Assembly (NCBI RefSeq): GCF_046293535.1 | Contig: NZ_JBKBOV010000025.1 | Span: 6,588 to 70,587 of the forward strand | Direction of reading: 5' to 3' | Source: Massilia sp. | Lineage (GTDB): Bacteria > Pseudomonadota > Gammaproteobacteria > Burkholderiales > Burkholderiaceae_D | DNA: 64,000 bases | In this document: piece by piece, positions 31,636 through 41,559 of the stretch | Layout: every line of letters starts with the position of its first letter | How positions within the stretch are numbered: position 1 is the first letter of the stretch | Notes under the pieces: model-generated | Told to the model about the DNA's origin: nothing | The model's database searches: none | Seen by the model: only the letters and a program-made list of their open reading frames with translations | Position numbers and translations under genes: made by a program

Positions 31636-32625
31636 TCAGAGCTCGAGCAGCACCGCGCGGCATTCGCCGTACAGGGTGCAGGCATAAGCCGCGATCTGCT
31701 GGGCGTCGTTGATGCCGACCGCATCGAGCACCGTCCAGATGCCGCGCTTGGCGACCAGGTCGTTCAGGTCATGCATCACGCCGTCGCGGTACAGGAAGGC
31801 GTGCGAGAAACTCGCGCCGGGCACGTGGTTCGCCTGGGTCGAGTAGCCGACCACCATCCCGGCATTGTTCAGGGCCCGCGCGTCGGTGTAGGGACCGCCG
31901 AGCGAGCCGATGTCGACCATGGCGCCGCCGCGGTACAGGAAGGCGTGTTGGACGTCGTCGTTGACGAAGCTCATGCCGGCCACCTCGCCGCGCTCGTTGA
32001 TGGCCGCGGCCGTGCTGGTGGGGCCGCCGAGCGTGCCGAGGTCCTTCATCACGCCTTTCGCGTACGTGAAGGCGTGCTGGGCCGTGAAACCGCGCAGGAA
32101 GGACATGCCGACCACCGTGCCGGCGCCGTTGATCCCGGTTGCGCGTGCGACGCCGCTGCCGAGGCTGCCGATCGCGCTCATCTTGCCGCCGGAGACCACG
32201 AAAGCACGGTCGTTGCCGTTGCGGTCCAGGGCGTAGCCGGCCACCTGGCCGCTTGCATTGATGGCCGTGCCGAAGCTCGGCCGGCCGTTCAGCATGCCGA
32301 GGTCGCGCAGCGCGCCGCCCTGGAACACGAAGGCGTGGGACACCCCGTTCTTCGCCTCCGAGGAACCGGCGACCTGGGCGTTGGCGCCGATGGCCGACGC
32401 CGTGCTGCCGGCGCCGCCGAGCGTGCCCAAGCGCGTGATCACGCCGCGCGCCCACAGGAAACCGCGCCCATCGGCCCCGACGCCCACGATGCGCCCGTTG
32501 GCATCGATCGCGTGGGGTGTGGTGTCGCGAGGGAGAAACGTCATTTTGTAGAAAGGCTGGCTGTGCGCGGTGAGCGGAGCGGCGAGCGAGGAGGACAGCA
32601 GGAGGGCGAGCAGGGAATGACGCAT
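31636..32625 (-). CDS. HAF-repeat extracellular protein lacking a PEP-CTERM tail
   Basis: Signal peptide, repeated LGTLGG/SHAFVF/QHAFLY units; ends RAVLLEL. Confidence 0.87.
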   Translation of the reverse strand: MRHSLLALLLSSSLAAPLTAHSQPFYKMTFLPRDTTPHAIDANGRIVGVGADGRGFLWARGVITRLGTLGGAGSTASAIGANAQVAGSSEAKNGVSHAFVFQGGALRDLGMLNGRPSFGTAINASGQVAGYALDRNGNDRAFVVSGGKMSAIGSLGSGVARATGINGAGTVVGMSFLRGFTAQHAFTYAKGVMKDLGTLGGPTSTAAAINERGEVAGMSFVNDDVQHAFLYRGGAMVDIGSLGGPYTDARALNNAGMVVGYSTQANHVPGASFSHAFLYRDGVMHDLNDLVAKRGIWTVLDAVGINDAQQIAAYACTLYGECRAVLLEL

Positions 32626-32775
32626 GACGTACCTTTGATGCTTGAGTGAAGGGGACTTTCAGCATCTCGAATAGCCGAGCCAGCAGGTTTGAGATAGATC
32701 AATGTCCAAAATCTCATTTCCTCAGGCAGTTTCAAGCACGCGTTTCATGCTCCGGCTGAGTAGCGTAATAGCTAC

Positions 32776-32958
32776 TCAGCCGTGCCTGTGCGCCGCCAGC
32801 CTTCCCGCCATGCACACGATCAGTCCCGCCAGCAATAACCAGCCATCCGGCTCGCCTTGTGGCGCGGGCAGTACCGTGCAGGCTGGAGGCACGGTGGGGG
32901 CTGCGGCGCCGGCGAGCGGGGAACAGAAGAGGAAGACGAGGAAAAGAAAGGCTCGCAT
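32776..32958 (-). CDS. small protein: signal peptide plus PEP-CTERM-like tail (60 aa)
   Basis: MRAFLFLVFLFCSPLAGA, then PAPQGEPDGWLLLAGLIVCMAGRLAAHRHG; RBS weak. Confidence 0.4.
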   Translation of the reverse strand: MRAFLFLVFLFCSPLAGAAAPTVPPACTVLPAPQGEPDGWLLLAGLIVCMAGRLAAHRHG

Positions 32959-33039
32959 GATGCACGGGAGGCTGGTCGGGATCAGCAGCTTCGGGCATGA
33001 AGCGGACCCGGCCTGTGCGCCAGCTCAGGCGTGCGCGCG

Positions 33040-33065
33040 AAAAAAAACCGGGGCAGCGCCCCGGT
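33040..33065 (-). terminator. terminator after FKBP gene
   Basis: ACCGGGGC-agc-GCCCCGGT with A8 tract on the left. Confidence 0.75.
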
Positions 33066-33082
33066 CCTTGCATGCCCTTGTT

Positions 33083-33520
33083 TTATTCGATCTTGGTCAG
33101 GCTGATCTCGAAGACCAGGCCATTGTTGGGCGGAATGCGATCGGAACCGCGCTCGCCATAGGCCAGGCTGGCCGGCACCTCGATGGTACGCTTGCCGCCC
33201 ACCTTCATGCCGAGCACACCCTGCTGGAAGCCGGGGATGACGTTGGTCGAGCCCAGCAGGAAGGAGAAGCTGTTCGATTCGAGCTGGACGCCCTTGTGGT
33301 CGGCGGCGCCGGCGCTGTACAGCCACAAGGTATAGGTCACGGTGGCGGTCTTGCCGTTGACGGCCTCGGCGCCGGTGCCCAGGACGTTGTCGGTCTTGAC
33401 CAGGGCGGTCGGGTTGTTCGGGTTGACAGCCGGCGGGCTGGAATCGCCGCCGCCACCGCCGCAGGCGGTCAGGCTCAGGATGGCGACGAAGGCGGCGATC
33501 AGGGGGAACTTCAGTTTCAT
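33083..33520 (-). CDS. FKBP-type peptidyl-prolyl isomerase, lipoprotein
   Basis: Lipobox LTAC, VIPGFQQGVLGMKVGGKRTIEVPASLAYG. Confidence 0.92.
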   Translation of the reverse strand: MKLKFPLIAAFVAILSLTACGGGGGDSSPPAVNPNNPTALVKTDNVLGTGAEAVNGKTATVTYTLWLYSAGAADHKGVQLESNSFSFLLGSTNVIPGFQQGVLGMKVGGKRTIEVPASLAYGERGSDRIPPNNGLVFEISLTKIE

Positions 33521-33648
33521 GGGGCGGATCCTCGGGTACGAAAGTGCGGAAAGTTTATGCAGCGAAACTCCGCACCTTACCCCAGCCCTCCATGGGCGTC
33601 TGTCCCCGACTGTCCGCCTTTTGTATTTTTCTGTAATGAACTACTCGC

Positions 33649-35526
33649 CTAGATTTCCACCTGGGTGCCGAGCTCGATGACCCGGTTGGGTGGAATCTGG
33701 TAATAGTCGGCCGCGGCGCGCGCATTGCGCGACAACATCACGAACAGGTGCTCGCGCCACGGGGCCATGCCGCCTCCCGGCGTCGAGACCACGGTCTGGC
33801 GCGCGATGAAGAACGAGGTCTCCATCATCTCGAAGTTCAAGCCCAATCCGCCGCACTGGCGCAGGATGCCGGGAATGTCCGGCTCGTCCTTGAAGCCGTA
33901 CTGGACGTTGAGCTGGAAGCAGTTGTGGCCGAGTTCCACCACCTCGACCTGTTCTTCCGCCGCCACCCAGGGCACTTCGCGCATGTGCACCGTGAGGAAG
34001 ACCACGCGTTCGTGCAGGACCTTGTTGTGCGACAGGTTGTGCAGCAGCGCATGCGGCACGCCGTCGCTTTCGCCGCGCAGGAACAGCGCGGTGCCGGGCA
34101 CGCGCGCCGGCGGCGCCACGAACAGCGACTCCATGAAGGCGTCGAGCGGGATCGCGTGCTTTCCCAGGTTCTCGAACACCAGTTCGCGGCCGCGCTTCCA
34201 GGTCAGCATCAGGGTCAGCAGGACGGTGCCGAGCAGCAGCGGGAACCAGCCGCCGTGGAACAGCTTGAGCGTGGTCGACGAGAACAGCAGGACATCGATG
34301 ACCAGGAAGAAGCCGGTCGCGCCCAGGCACACCACCAGCGGCAGCCGCCAGCGGTAGCGGGTGACGAAGAAGGTGAGGATGGTGGTCGCCATCATGGTCG
34401 CGGTCACGGCGATGCCGTAGGCGCCGGCCAGCTCGTCCGAGGAACCGAAGCCGATCACGGCGATCAGGACGATCGCCAGCTGCAGCCAGTTCACCGCCGG
34501 GATGTAGATCTGGCCGATCTCGCTTTCCGAGGTGTGCAGGATGCGCATGCGCGGCAGCAAGCCCAGCGCGATCGCCTGCTTGGTCATCGAATAGGTGCCG
34601 GAGATCGTGGCCTGCGAGGCGATCACGGCCGCCATGGTCGACAGGATCACCAGCGGGATCACGCTCCAGGTGCCGAGCTGGTGGAAGAAGGGATTTTCGA
34701 CCGCGCTCGGGTCCCCGATCAACAGGCCGCCCTGGCCCAGGTAGTTCAGCACCAGCGCCGGGTAGGCGATCGCGAACCAGGCCAGGCGGATCGGCTTGCG
34801 GCCGAAGTGGCCCATGTCGGCATACAGCGCCTCGGCCCCGGTGATCGCCAGCACCACCGCGCCCAGCGCGACGAAGGCCAGCAGCTTGTTCTCGAGCATG
34901 AAGTGCAGCGCGTAATAGGGGTTGAGCGCATTCAGGATCACCGGCGTCTGGATGATGTTGATGACGCCCAGGACGGCCAGCGTGACGAACCAGACCAGCA
35001 TGACCGGCCCGAAGAAGCGGCCGATGCCGGCGGTGCCGTGGCGCTGCACGCTGTAGAGAAGCACCAGCACCACCACCGCCAGCGGCACCACGTAGTGCGA
35101 CATGCCAGGCGCCGCCACTTCCAGGCCCTCGATCGCGCCCAGCACCGAGATCGCGGGCGTGATCACGCTGTCGCCGTAGAACATGGTGGCGCCGACCACG
35201 CCGATCACCAGCAGCGGGAAATGCCAGCGCGAGGCGCGGGTGACGGAATTGGTGGCCAGGGCCATCAAGGCCATGATGCCGCCTTCGCCGCGGTTGTCGG
35301 CGCGCAGCACCAGCGTGACGTACTTGAGCGAGACGATGACCGTCAGGCTCCAGAAGATCAGGGAAATGACGCCGAGGATGTTGGGGGTGTTGAGGGGAAG
35401 GCCGTGCTCGTGGTGGAAGATCGCGCGCAGGGTGTAGAGAGGGCTGGTGCCGATGTCGCCGTAGACGATGCCGATGGCGGCCAGCGTCAGCGCCGCGACG
35501 CTGCTCTTCTTGTTTTCGGTACTCAA
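33649..35526 (-). CDS. kup: low-affinity potassium uptake protein Kup
   Basis: GIVYGDIGTSPLY, ADNRGEGG, GAEALYADMGHF, GQIYIP; likely TTG start at 35526. Confidence 0.96.
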   Translation of the reverse strand: MSTENKKSSVAALTLAAIGIVYGDIGTSPLYTLRAIFHHEHGLPLNTPNILGVISLIFWSLTVIVSLKYVTLVLRADNRGEGGIMALMALATNSVTRASRWHFPLLVIGVVGATMFYGDSVITPAISVLGAIEGLEVAAPGMSHYVVPLAVVVLVLLYSVQRHGTAGIGRFFGPVMLVWFVTLAVLGVINIIQTPVILNALNPYYALHFMLENKLLAFVALGAVVLAITGAEALYADMGHFGRKPIRLAWFAIAYPALVLNYLGQGGLLIGDPSAVENPFFHQLGTWSVIPLVILSTMAAVIASQATISGTYSMTKQAIALGLLPRMRILHTSESEIGQIYIPAVNWLQLAIVLIAVIGFGSSDELAGAYGIAVTATMMATTILTFFVTRYRWRLPLVVCLGATGFFLVIDVLLFSSTTLKLFHGGWFPLLLGTVLLTLMLTWKRGRELVFENLGKHAIPLDAFMESLFVAPPARVPGTALFLRGESDGVPHALLHNLSHNKVLHERVVFLTVHMREVPWVAAEEQVEVVELGHNCFQLNVQYGFKDEPDIPGILRQCGGLGLNFEMMETSFFIARQTVVSTPGGGMAPWREHLFVMLSRNARAAADYYQIPPNRVIELGTQVEI

Positions 35527-35689
35527 GTTTGCACCATGGTTTGTTATTGGTGCAGCGCACCATAAAATAACAGCAAGAAAATTGCAAGAAGATTTCGTAT
35601 TGATAGTACACCCGCTAAAAAACCGTTTGCGCCAGCAGAGAAATTGCGCATCAGGGATAATGTCACCCCAGCAATCGCCCTCCTCTCCC

Positions 35690-36583
35690 ATGCGCTCCGG
35701 TATCCTGTCTGCCGCCCTCGCCTTCCTGGCCTGGGGCCTGTTCCCTATTTATTTCCATGCGCTGGGCGACGTGCCGCCGGTGCAGATCCTGGCGCATCGG
35801 GTGCTGTGGTCGCTCGCTTTTCTCCTCCTGGTGCTGGGCTTCCGGCGCCAGTGGAAATGGCTGGCGCTGGTACGCCAGCCGCGCGTGTTCTGGAGCTTCG
35901 TCGCCTCGGCCCTCCTGCTCTCGGCCAACTGGCTGGTGTACATCTGGGCGGTGAAGAACGGGCACGTGATCGAGGCCAGCCTCGGCTACTTCATCAATCC
36001 GCTGGTCAACATCATGTTCGGGTTCCTGATACTGAAGGAACGCATGCGTCCGGCGCAATGGGGCGCCATCGCGATCGCCGCGCTGGGCGTGGGCTGGCTC
36101 ACCTGGCAGTCGGGCTCGGTGCCCTGGATCGCGCTGTTCCTGGCCGCGTCCTTCGGCGGCTACGGCCTGCTGCGCAAGACCGCGGCGCTCGGCGCGCTCG
36201 AGGGCCTGTCCTTCGAGACGATGGTGCTGTTCCCGTTCGCGGCCGCCTATGTCGGCTGGCTGACCGTGACCGGCGACAACGTTTTCCTGAACGCGCCGCT
36301 GGACGCGACCCGCATCCTCCTGATCATGGCCGGCCCGATCACGGCGATCCCGCTGCTGCTGTTCGCCACCGGCGCGCGCAAGATCCCGCTGTCGATCCTG
36401 GGCCTGCTGCAGTACCTGTCGCCGACCATCCAGTTCCTGCTGGGCGTGTGGCTGTTCCATGAAGCCTTCAGCAGCGACCGCCTGGTCGGCTTCCTGATGA
36501 TCTGGGCCGCGCTGGCGCTGTTTGCCGGCGAAGGCCTGTGGCGCAACCGGAGCGCGGCAAGCCGCGCGGCGCAGGCAGGCTGA
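35690..36583 (+). CDS. rarD: EamA-family transporter RarD
   Basis: WGLFPIY, ILAHRVLWS, EASLGYFINPL, GLLQYLSPT. Confidence 0.92.
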   Translation: MRSGILSAALAFLAWGLFPIYFHALGDVPPVQILAHRVLWSLAFLLLVLGFRRQWKWLALVRQPRVFWSFVASALLLSANWLVYIWAVKNGHVIEASLGYFINPLVNIMFGFLILKERMRPAQWGAIAIAALGVGWLTWQSGSVPWIALFLAASFGGYGLLRKTAALGALEGLSFETMVLFPFAAAYVGWLTVTGDNVFLNAPLDATRILLIMAGPITAIPLLLFATGARKIPLSILGLLQYLSPTIQFLLGVWLFHEAFSSDRLVGFLMIWAALALFAGEGLWRNRSAASRAAQAG

Positions 36584-36673
36584 TTCCGCCCCGCGCCCGG
36601 ACAGACGAAAGTCCTATCTCGGGCGCGGGTTCTGTCGTATCCTCTGCACCTTAAACAACACCAGAGTTAAAGC

Positions 36674-38341
36674 ATGGCCAATTACGTCTATACCATGAAT
36701 CGCGTGGGCAAAATCGTCCCGCCAAAACGTCAAATCCTGAAAGATATTTCCCTGTCCTTCTTCCCGGGTGCGAAGATCGGCGTGCTGGGCCTGAACGGCT
36801 CGGGCAAGTCGACCCTGCTGAAGATCATGGCCGGCATCGACACTGACATCCAGGGCGAAGCGCGCCCGATGCCGGGCCTGAACATCGGCTACCTGCCGCA
36901 GGAACCGCAGCTCGATCCGGAAAAGACCGTGCGCCAGGAAGTGGAATCGGGCCTGGGCGAAGCCTTTGAAGCGCAAGCCAAGCTGGAAGCCGTGTACGCC
37001 GCCTATGCGGAAGAAGACGCCGACTTCGACGCCCTGGCGAAAGAGCAGGAGCGCCTGGAATCGATCATCGCCGCGGCCGACGGCGGCAACCTGAACCTGC
37101 AGATGGAAATGGCCGCCGACGCGCTGCGCCTGCCGCCGTGGGACCAGAAGATCGGCGTGCTGTCGGGCGGCGAGAAGCGCCGCGTGGCGCTGTGCAAGCT
37201 GCTGCTGTCCAAGCCGGACATGCTGCTGCTGGACGAACCGACCAACCACCTGGACGCCGAATCGGTCGAGTGGCTGGAGCAATTCCTGCTGCGCTTCCCG
37301 GGCACCGTGGTGGGCATCACCCACGACCGCTACTTCCTGGACAACGCCGCCGAATGGATCCTGGAACTGGACCGCGGTTCGGGCATCCCCTGGAAGGGCA
37401 ATTACTCGTCCTGGCTGGACCAGAAACAGGCGCGCCTGAAGCAGGAAGAAGCGACCGAGTCCGCGCGCCAGAAGGCGCTGGCCAAGGAACTCGAGTGGGC
37501 GCGCCAGAACCCGAAGGCACGCCAGGCCAAGTCCAAGGCGCGCCTGGCCCGCTTCAACGAGCTCTCCGAATACGAATACCAGAAGCGCAACGAGACCCAG
37601 GAGATCTTCATTCCCGTGGCCGAGCGCCTGGGCAACGAAGTCATCGAGTTCAAGAACGTCTCCAAGGCTTTCGGCGACCGCCTGCTGATCGACAACCTGT
37701 CCTTCACCGTGCCGCCGGGCGCGATCGTCGGCATCATCGGCCCGAACGGCGCCGGTAAGTCGACCCTGTTCAAGATGATCGCCGGCAAGGAACAGCCGGA
37801 CAGCGGCGAAGTCGTGATCGGCAAGACCGCCAAGGTCTCGCTGGTGGACCAGAGCCGCGACGAACTGGCCAACAACAAGACCGTGTTCGAGGACGTCACC
37901 GGTGGCGCCGACATGCTCAGCGTGGGCCGCTTCGAGATGCCGTCGCGCGCCTATCTCGGCCGCTTCAACTTCAAGGGCTCGGACCAGCAGAAGGTGGTCG
38001 GCAACCTGTCGGGCGGCGAACGCGGCCGCCTGCACCTGGCCAAGACCCTGCTGCAGGGCGGTAACGTGCTGCTGCTGGACGAACCGTCGAACGACCTCGA
38101 CGTGGAAACCCTGCGCGCGCTGGAAGACGCCCTGCTCGAGTTCGCCGGCAGCGTGATGGTGATCTCGCACGACCGCTGGTTCCTGGACCGCATCGCGACC
38201 CACATCCTGGCCTTCGAAGGCAATTCGCAGGTCACCTTCTTCGACGGTAACTACCAGGAATACGAAGCCGACAAGAAGAAACGTCTGGGTGAAGAAGGCG
38301 CCAAGCCGAAGCGTATCCGCTACAAGCCGCTGACGACCTGA
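36674..38341 (+). CDS. ettA: energy-dependent translational throttle protein (ABC-F)
   Basis: Two NBDs (GLNGSGKST, GPNGAGKST), 555 aa, no TM, KRIRYKPL C-terminus. Confidence 0.96.
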   Translation: MANYVYTMNRVGKIVPPKRQILKDISLSFFPGAKIGVLGLNGSGKSTLLKIMAGIDTDIQGEARPMPGLNIGYLPQEPQLDPEKTVRQEVESGLGEAFEAQAKLEAVYAAYAEEDADFDALAKEQERLESIIAAADGGNLNLQMEMAADALRLPPWDQKIGVLSGGEKRRVALCKLLLSKPDMLLLDEPTNHLDAESVEWLEQFLLRFPGTVVGITHDRYFLDNAAEWILELDRGSGIPWKGNYSSWLDQKQARLKQEEATESARQKALAKELEWARQNPKARQAKSKARLARFNELSEYEYQKRNETQEIFIPVAERLGNEVIEFKNVSKAFGDRLLIDNLSFTVPPGAIVGIIGPNGAGKSTLFKMIAGKEQPDSGEVVIGKTAKVSLVDQSRDELANNKTVFEDVTGGADMLSVGRFEMPSRAYLGRFNFKGSDQQKVVGNLSGGERGRLHLAKTLLQGGNVLLLDEPSNDLDVETLRALEDALLEFAGSVMVISHDRWFLDRIATHILAFEGNSQVTFFDGNYQEYEADKKKRLGEEGAKPKRIRYKPLTT

Positions 38342-38371
38342 GCTCATCAGTAAGTGTTTGTTTCGTAAAAG

Positions 38372-38397
38372 AAAAACCCCGCATCAGCGGGGTTTTT
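38372..38397 (+). terminator. terminator after ettA
   Basis: AAAAACCCCGC-atca-GCGGGGTTTTT. Confidence 0.8.
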
Positions 38398-38507
38398 TAC
38401 TAGCGGAAACGAACGCAGCCAAGTCCACCCCATGTGTAAAATCCTTGGCGTTGGGCCGCTGGCCCGGGATGTCCGCTGCCTTTGCAAGGCAGGCGTTGAC
38501 GGAGCCT

Positions 38508-39041
38508 ATGATTGATTACCGCAACAACCGTGTCCCAGGCGGGACGTTTTTTTTCACGGTGCGCCTGCTCCAACGCGGGAGCACTTTGTTGACAGACCAT
38601 ATCTCCGCCTTCGGCGAAGCCATGCGCCTGGCGCGCGTGCGCAAGCCCTTCCATGTCGATGCGTGGATCGTCCTGCCGGACCATGCGCATGCGATGTGGA
38701 CCTTGCCGCCGGGCGACCACGACTGCTCGAGCCGCTGGCGCGCGGTCAAGATCGCCTTTTCCAAAGCCTTGCGCAAGTCCACCGTGCCGGAGGCGGCCGA
38801 TGGCACGATCTGGGAACGCCACTACCAGCACTACCGGGTCGGGGACGACGACGAATACGCGGCCCTGGTCGACTACACCCACCTCGATGCGGTCCGGCAC
38901 GGCTTCTGCACCCATCCCCACGAATGGCCGTGGTCATCGCTGCACCGCTTCGTCAGCGCCGGGCATGCGATGCCGGCGCCGGAACTGGTGGTGCCGCCCT
39001 GGGTACAGCGGCCGCAGTCGCACGGCTACGCGCGGCTGTAA
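38508..39041 (+). CDS. REP-associated tyrosine transposase (RAYT/Y1 HUH family), divergent
   Basis: YRNNRVPGGTFFFTV, AWIVLPDHAHAMWTLPPGD (HUH), DYTHLDA (Tyr kept, NP lost), WPWSSLHRF; GGAG RBS. Confidence 0.85.
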   Translation: MIDYRNNRVPGGTFFFTVRLLQRGSTLLTDHISAFGEAMRLARVRKPFHVDAWIVLPDHAHAMWTLPPGDHDCSSRWRAVKIAFSKALRKSTVPEAADGTIWERHYQHYRVGDDDEYAALVDYTHLDAVRHGFCTHPHEWPWSSLHRFVSAGHAMPAPELVVPPWVQRPQSHGYARL

Positions 39042-39058
39042 GCTGGCGCGAGAAAAAC

Positions 39059-39080
39059 AAAAGGCCCCGCAGGGCCTTTT
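39059..39080. terminator. bidirectional terminator between RAYT and beta-barrel gene
   Basis: AAAAGGCCC-cgca-GGGCCTTTT. Confidence 0.75.
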
Positions 39081-39100
39081 TGGTTCCGAGTGAAGCGCGT

Positions 39101-39673
39101 TTAGAAGGCGTACTTCGCACCGATGGTCAGGACGTCGGCCTTGGCGCCGAAGTCCTTGCTCTTGCCATAGCGCTCGTATTCGCCGACCAGCGACACGTTC
39201 TGGTTCAGCTTGTACTCCGCGCCGAGTGCGCCGTAGGCTTCGGTCTTGCTACGGCTCATGTTTTGCGAAGCATTGATCAATTCCAGCTCGCTTTTGGTGC
39301 GCGCAGCGCCGAGCTTGCCGTAAACCGAGAACTGCTCGTTCACCGGCAAGGTCGCCTTGCCCGCCAGGTAGAAGGCGTGGCCATCGGTCTCGCCGCGGTT
39401 GTTCACGCCGCCGATCGAATAGCTGACGTCCGCCTTGCGGAAGTCGGTATAGCCCGCTTCGACACCCCAGTTCTGGTTGAACTCGTAGCCGCCGAAGATC
39501 TTGCCGGAAGCCTTGTAGCCTTCGACATCGACATTGGTCGCGCCTGCCGCCTTGAATTCATGGTCGACGCTGGCCACGCCGGCGCCCACATAGGCGCGCG
39601 GTGCGGTGGTCTGGGCCTGGGCAGCCGACATGGCGGCAGCGGATGCGATCAGTGCAACGATGAGCTTTTTCAT
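39101..39673 (-). CDS. small outer-membrane beta-barrel protein (OmpA-like transmembrane domain)
   Basis: Signal peptide, GGYEFNQNWGVEAGY, C-terminal IGAKYAF aromatic terminus. Confidence 0.88.
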   Translation of the reverse strand: MKKLIVALIASAAAMSAAQAQTTAPRAYVGAGVASVDHEFKAAGATNVDVEGYKASGKIFGGYEFNQNWGVEAGYTDFRKADVSYSIGGVNNRGETDGHAFYLAGKATLPVNEQFSVYGKLGAARTKSELELINASQNMSRSKTEAYGALGAEYKLNQNVSLVGEYERYGKSKDFGAKADVLTIGAKYAF

Positions 39674-39845
39674 GCGAATCCTCTTACTAGACTGGTTCGC
39701 GATTCCCATTGAATCGCGATACTGCCAAGGTAGCATCGGATTTCATTTATTAAAGTCCCAAGTCCGTAAAAACTGTAAGCAGTTGTAAATTACTGACTCG
39801 TGCGTAAGATATTTATCGGAAAAGATACGGAAAATAGCCTGCTGC

Positions 39846-40439
39846 TTAAACGATGTTGCGGAAAGTTAGATTCACACGCGGTCCGACCGGCCTCGCCGTT
39901 TTGTTGATTCCATGCATCCAGTTGGCCTGCATGGCGCCGGCCATGAACAGCAGGCTGCCGTCCGTCAGCGGCAGCCTCAAGGTTTCTTTCGTGATTTTGT
40001 GGCGCAGGACGAAGGGCCTGGTCGCGCCGAAACTGAGCGAGGCGATGGCGGGCTCCGCACCGAGTTCCGCTTCGTCGTCGCTATGCATGCCCATGCTGTC
40101 GCGGCCGTCGCGGTAATAGTTCAGGAGCACGCTGTTGTACTCCCGGCCGGTGACAGCCTCGGCGGCCTGGCGCAGGGTGTCGAGCAGCGGCGTGAACGGC
40201 AGCGGCGCCAGGCTCAGGCCGGAATAGCGGTAAGCCTTGTCGCCATGCCAGGCGCTCAGGCGCGGTTGCAGGTGGCGCTTGCCGTAGACGATCACGGATT
40301 CCTCGCGCCAGGCGGTTTCCGCGATCAGGCGCGCCAGCACCACGGCGTTCGGCCAGGGCAGCGGCAATTGGGACAGGAAGGCCAGTTCACCATCTCGGAT
40401 GGGGATGGGCGTCAACGTGGCTGAGGTAAACAAATCCAT
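39846..40439 (-). CDS. AlkB-family alpha-ketoglutarate-dependent dioxygenase
   Basis: QPRLSAWHG, LNYYRDGRDSMGMHSDDE (HxD), WMHGI, RVNLTFR. Confidence 0.9.
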   Translation of the reverse strand: MDLFTSATLTPIPIRDGELAFLSQLPLPWPNAVVLARLIAETAWREESVIVYGKRHLQPRLSAWHGDKAYRYSGLSLAPLPFTPLLDTLRQAAEAVTGREYNSVLLNYYRDGRDSMGMHSDDEAELGAEPAIASLSFGATRPFVLRHKITKETLRLPLTDGSLLFMAGAMQANWMHGINKTARPVGPRVNLTFRNIV

Positions 40440-40490
40440 TGTGCGTTATATGGCTATGATGAGGCTTTCCCGTCACCGGCCTATTTTCGC

Positions 40491-41078
40491 ATGGACAAAC
40501 GTCACTTCCTGGGCGCGGCACTTGCCTCCAGCACCCTGCCCGCCATTGCCGCAGCTTCCTCGCCCCCCGCGCGCGGGCCTGCCCTGCTCACGATCACGGG
40601 TGACATCAAGCGCAGCAATCGCGGCCCCCTCGATCCGGTGCGCGACCAGATGATGTTCAAGCAAAAGCTGGCATTCACGCGGGCCTTCACGCTGGATTTC
40701 GCCGCGATTGCGGCCCTGCCACAGCAAACCATCCGGCCGACGCTGGAATACGACGGCAAGCCGCATACGCTGCGCGGGCCCTTGCTGGCGGACGTATTGG
40801 CCCTGGCCGGCACGCGTCCCCGCGACACCAGCCAACTGCTCCTGCGTGCGGTGGACGGCTACGCCGCCGCCGTCCCGATGGGCCAGCTGCGTGCCTGGAA
40901 ATTCATCGTCGCGACCCACCTCGACGGCCAGCCGATGGCGCTGGGCGGACTGGGGCCCTTGTGGGCGCTGTACGACGCGGACCGCGTGCCGGAGATGGCG
41001 GCGCGGCCGGTCAGGGAACGCTTCGGCGCCTGCCCCTGGGCGCTGTACCACATCGAGGTACAGGCTTCACCCGGTTAA
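40491..41078 (+). CDS. periplasmic molybdopterin-oxidoreductase-like domain protein with Tat-like signal
   Basis: DKRHFLG Tat-like motif, RGPLLADVL, RAVDGY, GGLGPLWALY. Confidence 0.65.
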   Translation: MDKRHFLGAALASSTLPAIAAASSPPARGPALLTITGDIKRSNRGPLDPVRDQMMFKQKLAFTRAFTLDFAAIAALPQQTIRPTLEYDGKPHTLRGPLLADVLALAGTRPRDTSQLLLRAVDGYAAAVPMGQLRAWKFIVATHLDGQPMALGGLGPLWALYDADRVPEMAARPVRERFGACPWALYHIEVQASPG

Positions 41079-41437
41079 GCGTAGGCTTCGGCCAGGCTCA
41101 TGACGCGTGGCGTCACCGTGATGCCGACGTTGCCGAACAGCGCCTCGATTGCCGCCAGGTTGGCCGTGCATTCCTCGGCTTTCCAGCCGTTGAACAGGTC
41201 GGTGCCGTCCTTCTGGAAGTGCAGGTCCAGCACTTTGCCCTTGTCCTTGTGGACATAGCTCTGCTGGTGGGTGTTCTTGAAGCCGAGTTCGGCCAGGCCC
41301 GCCAGCACGGTTTGCGGCGGATTGTCCGGATCGGTTGCGAGGAAGACGCCGAAGGTCTTGCCCGGCGGTTTGGCGGCAACATCGACTTCATAGATGCCCG
41401 GCGCCTTCGTGGCGCTGGTGCTCTTCAGGAACAGCAT
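41075..41437 (-). CDS. hypothetical protein (120 aa)
   Basis: AGGAG RBS, host-like codon usage. Confidence 0.75.
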   Translation of the reverse strand: MLFLKSTSATKAPGIYEVDVAAKPPGKTFGVFLATDPDNPPQTVLAGLAELGFKNTHQQSYVHKDKGKVLDLHFQKDGTDLFNGWKAEECTANLAAIEALFGNVGITVTPRVMSLAEAYA

Positions 41438-41559
41438 GTGGTCTCCTTCTTCTGTTGCCCGCTCGGCCATGGGCGGCGGGCGGATCGCTGATGGGTGTCA
41501 GCGTCCTAGCTTATTGCTCTCCGGGAACTTTGTCGATGACTGTATGCACTTTTTTGGCG

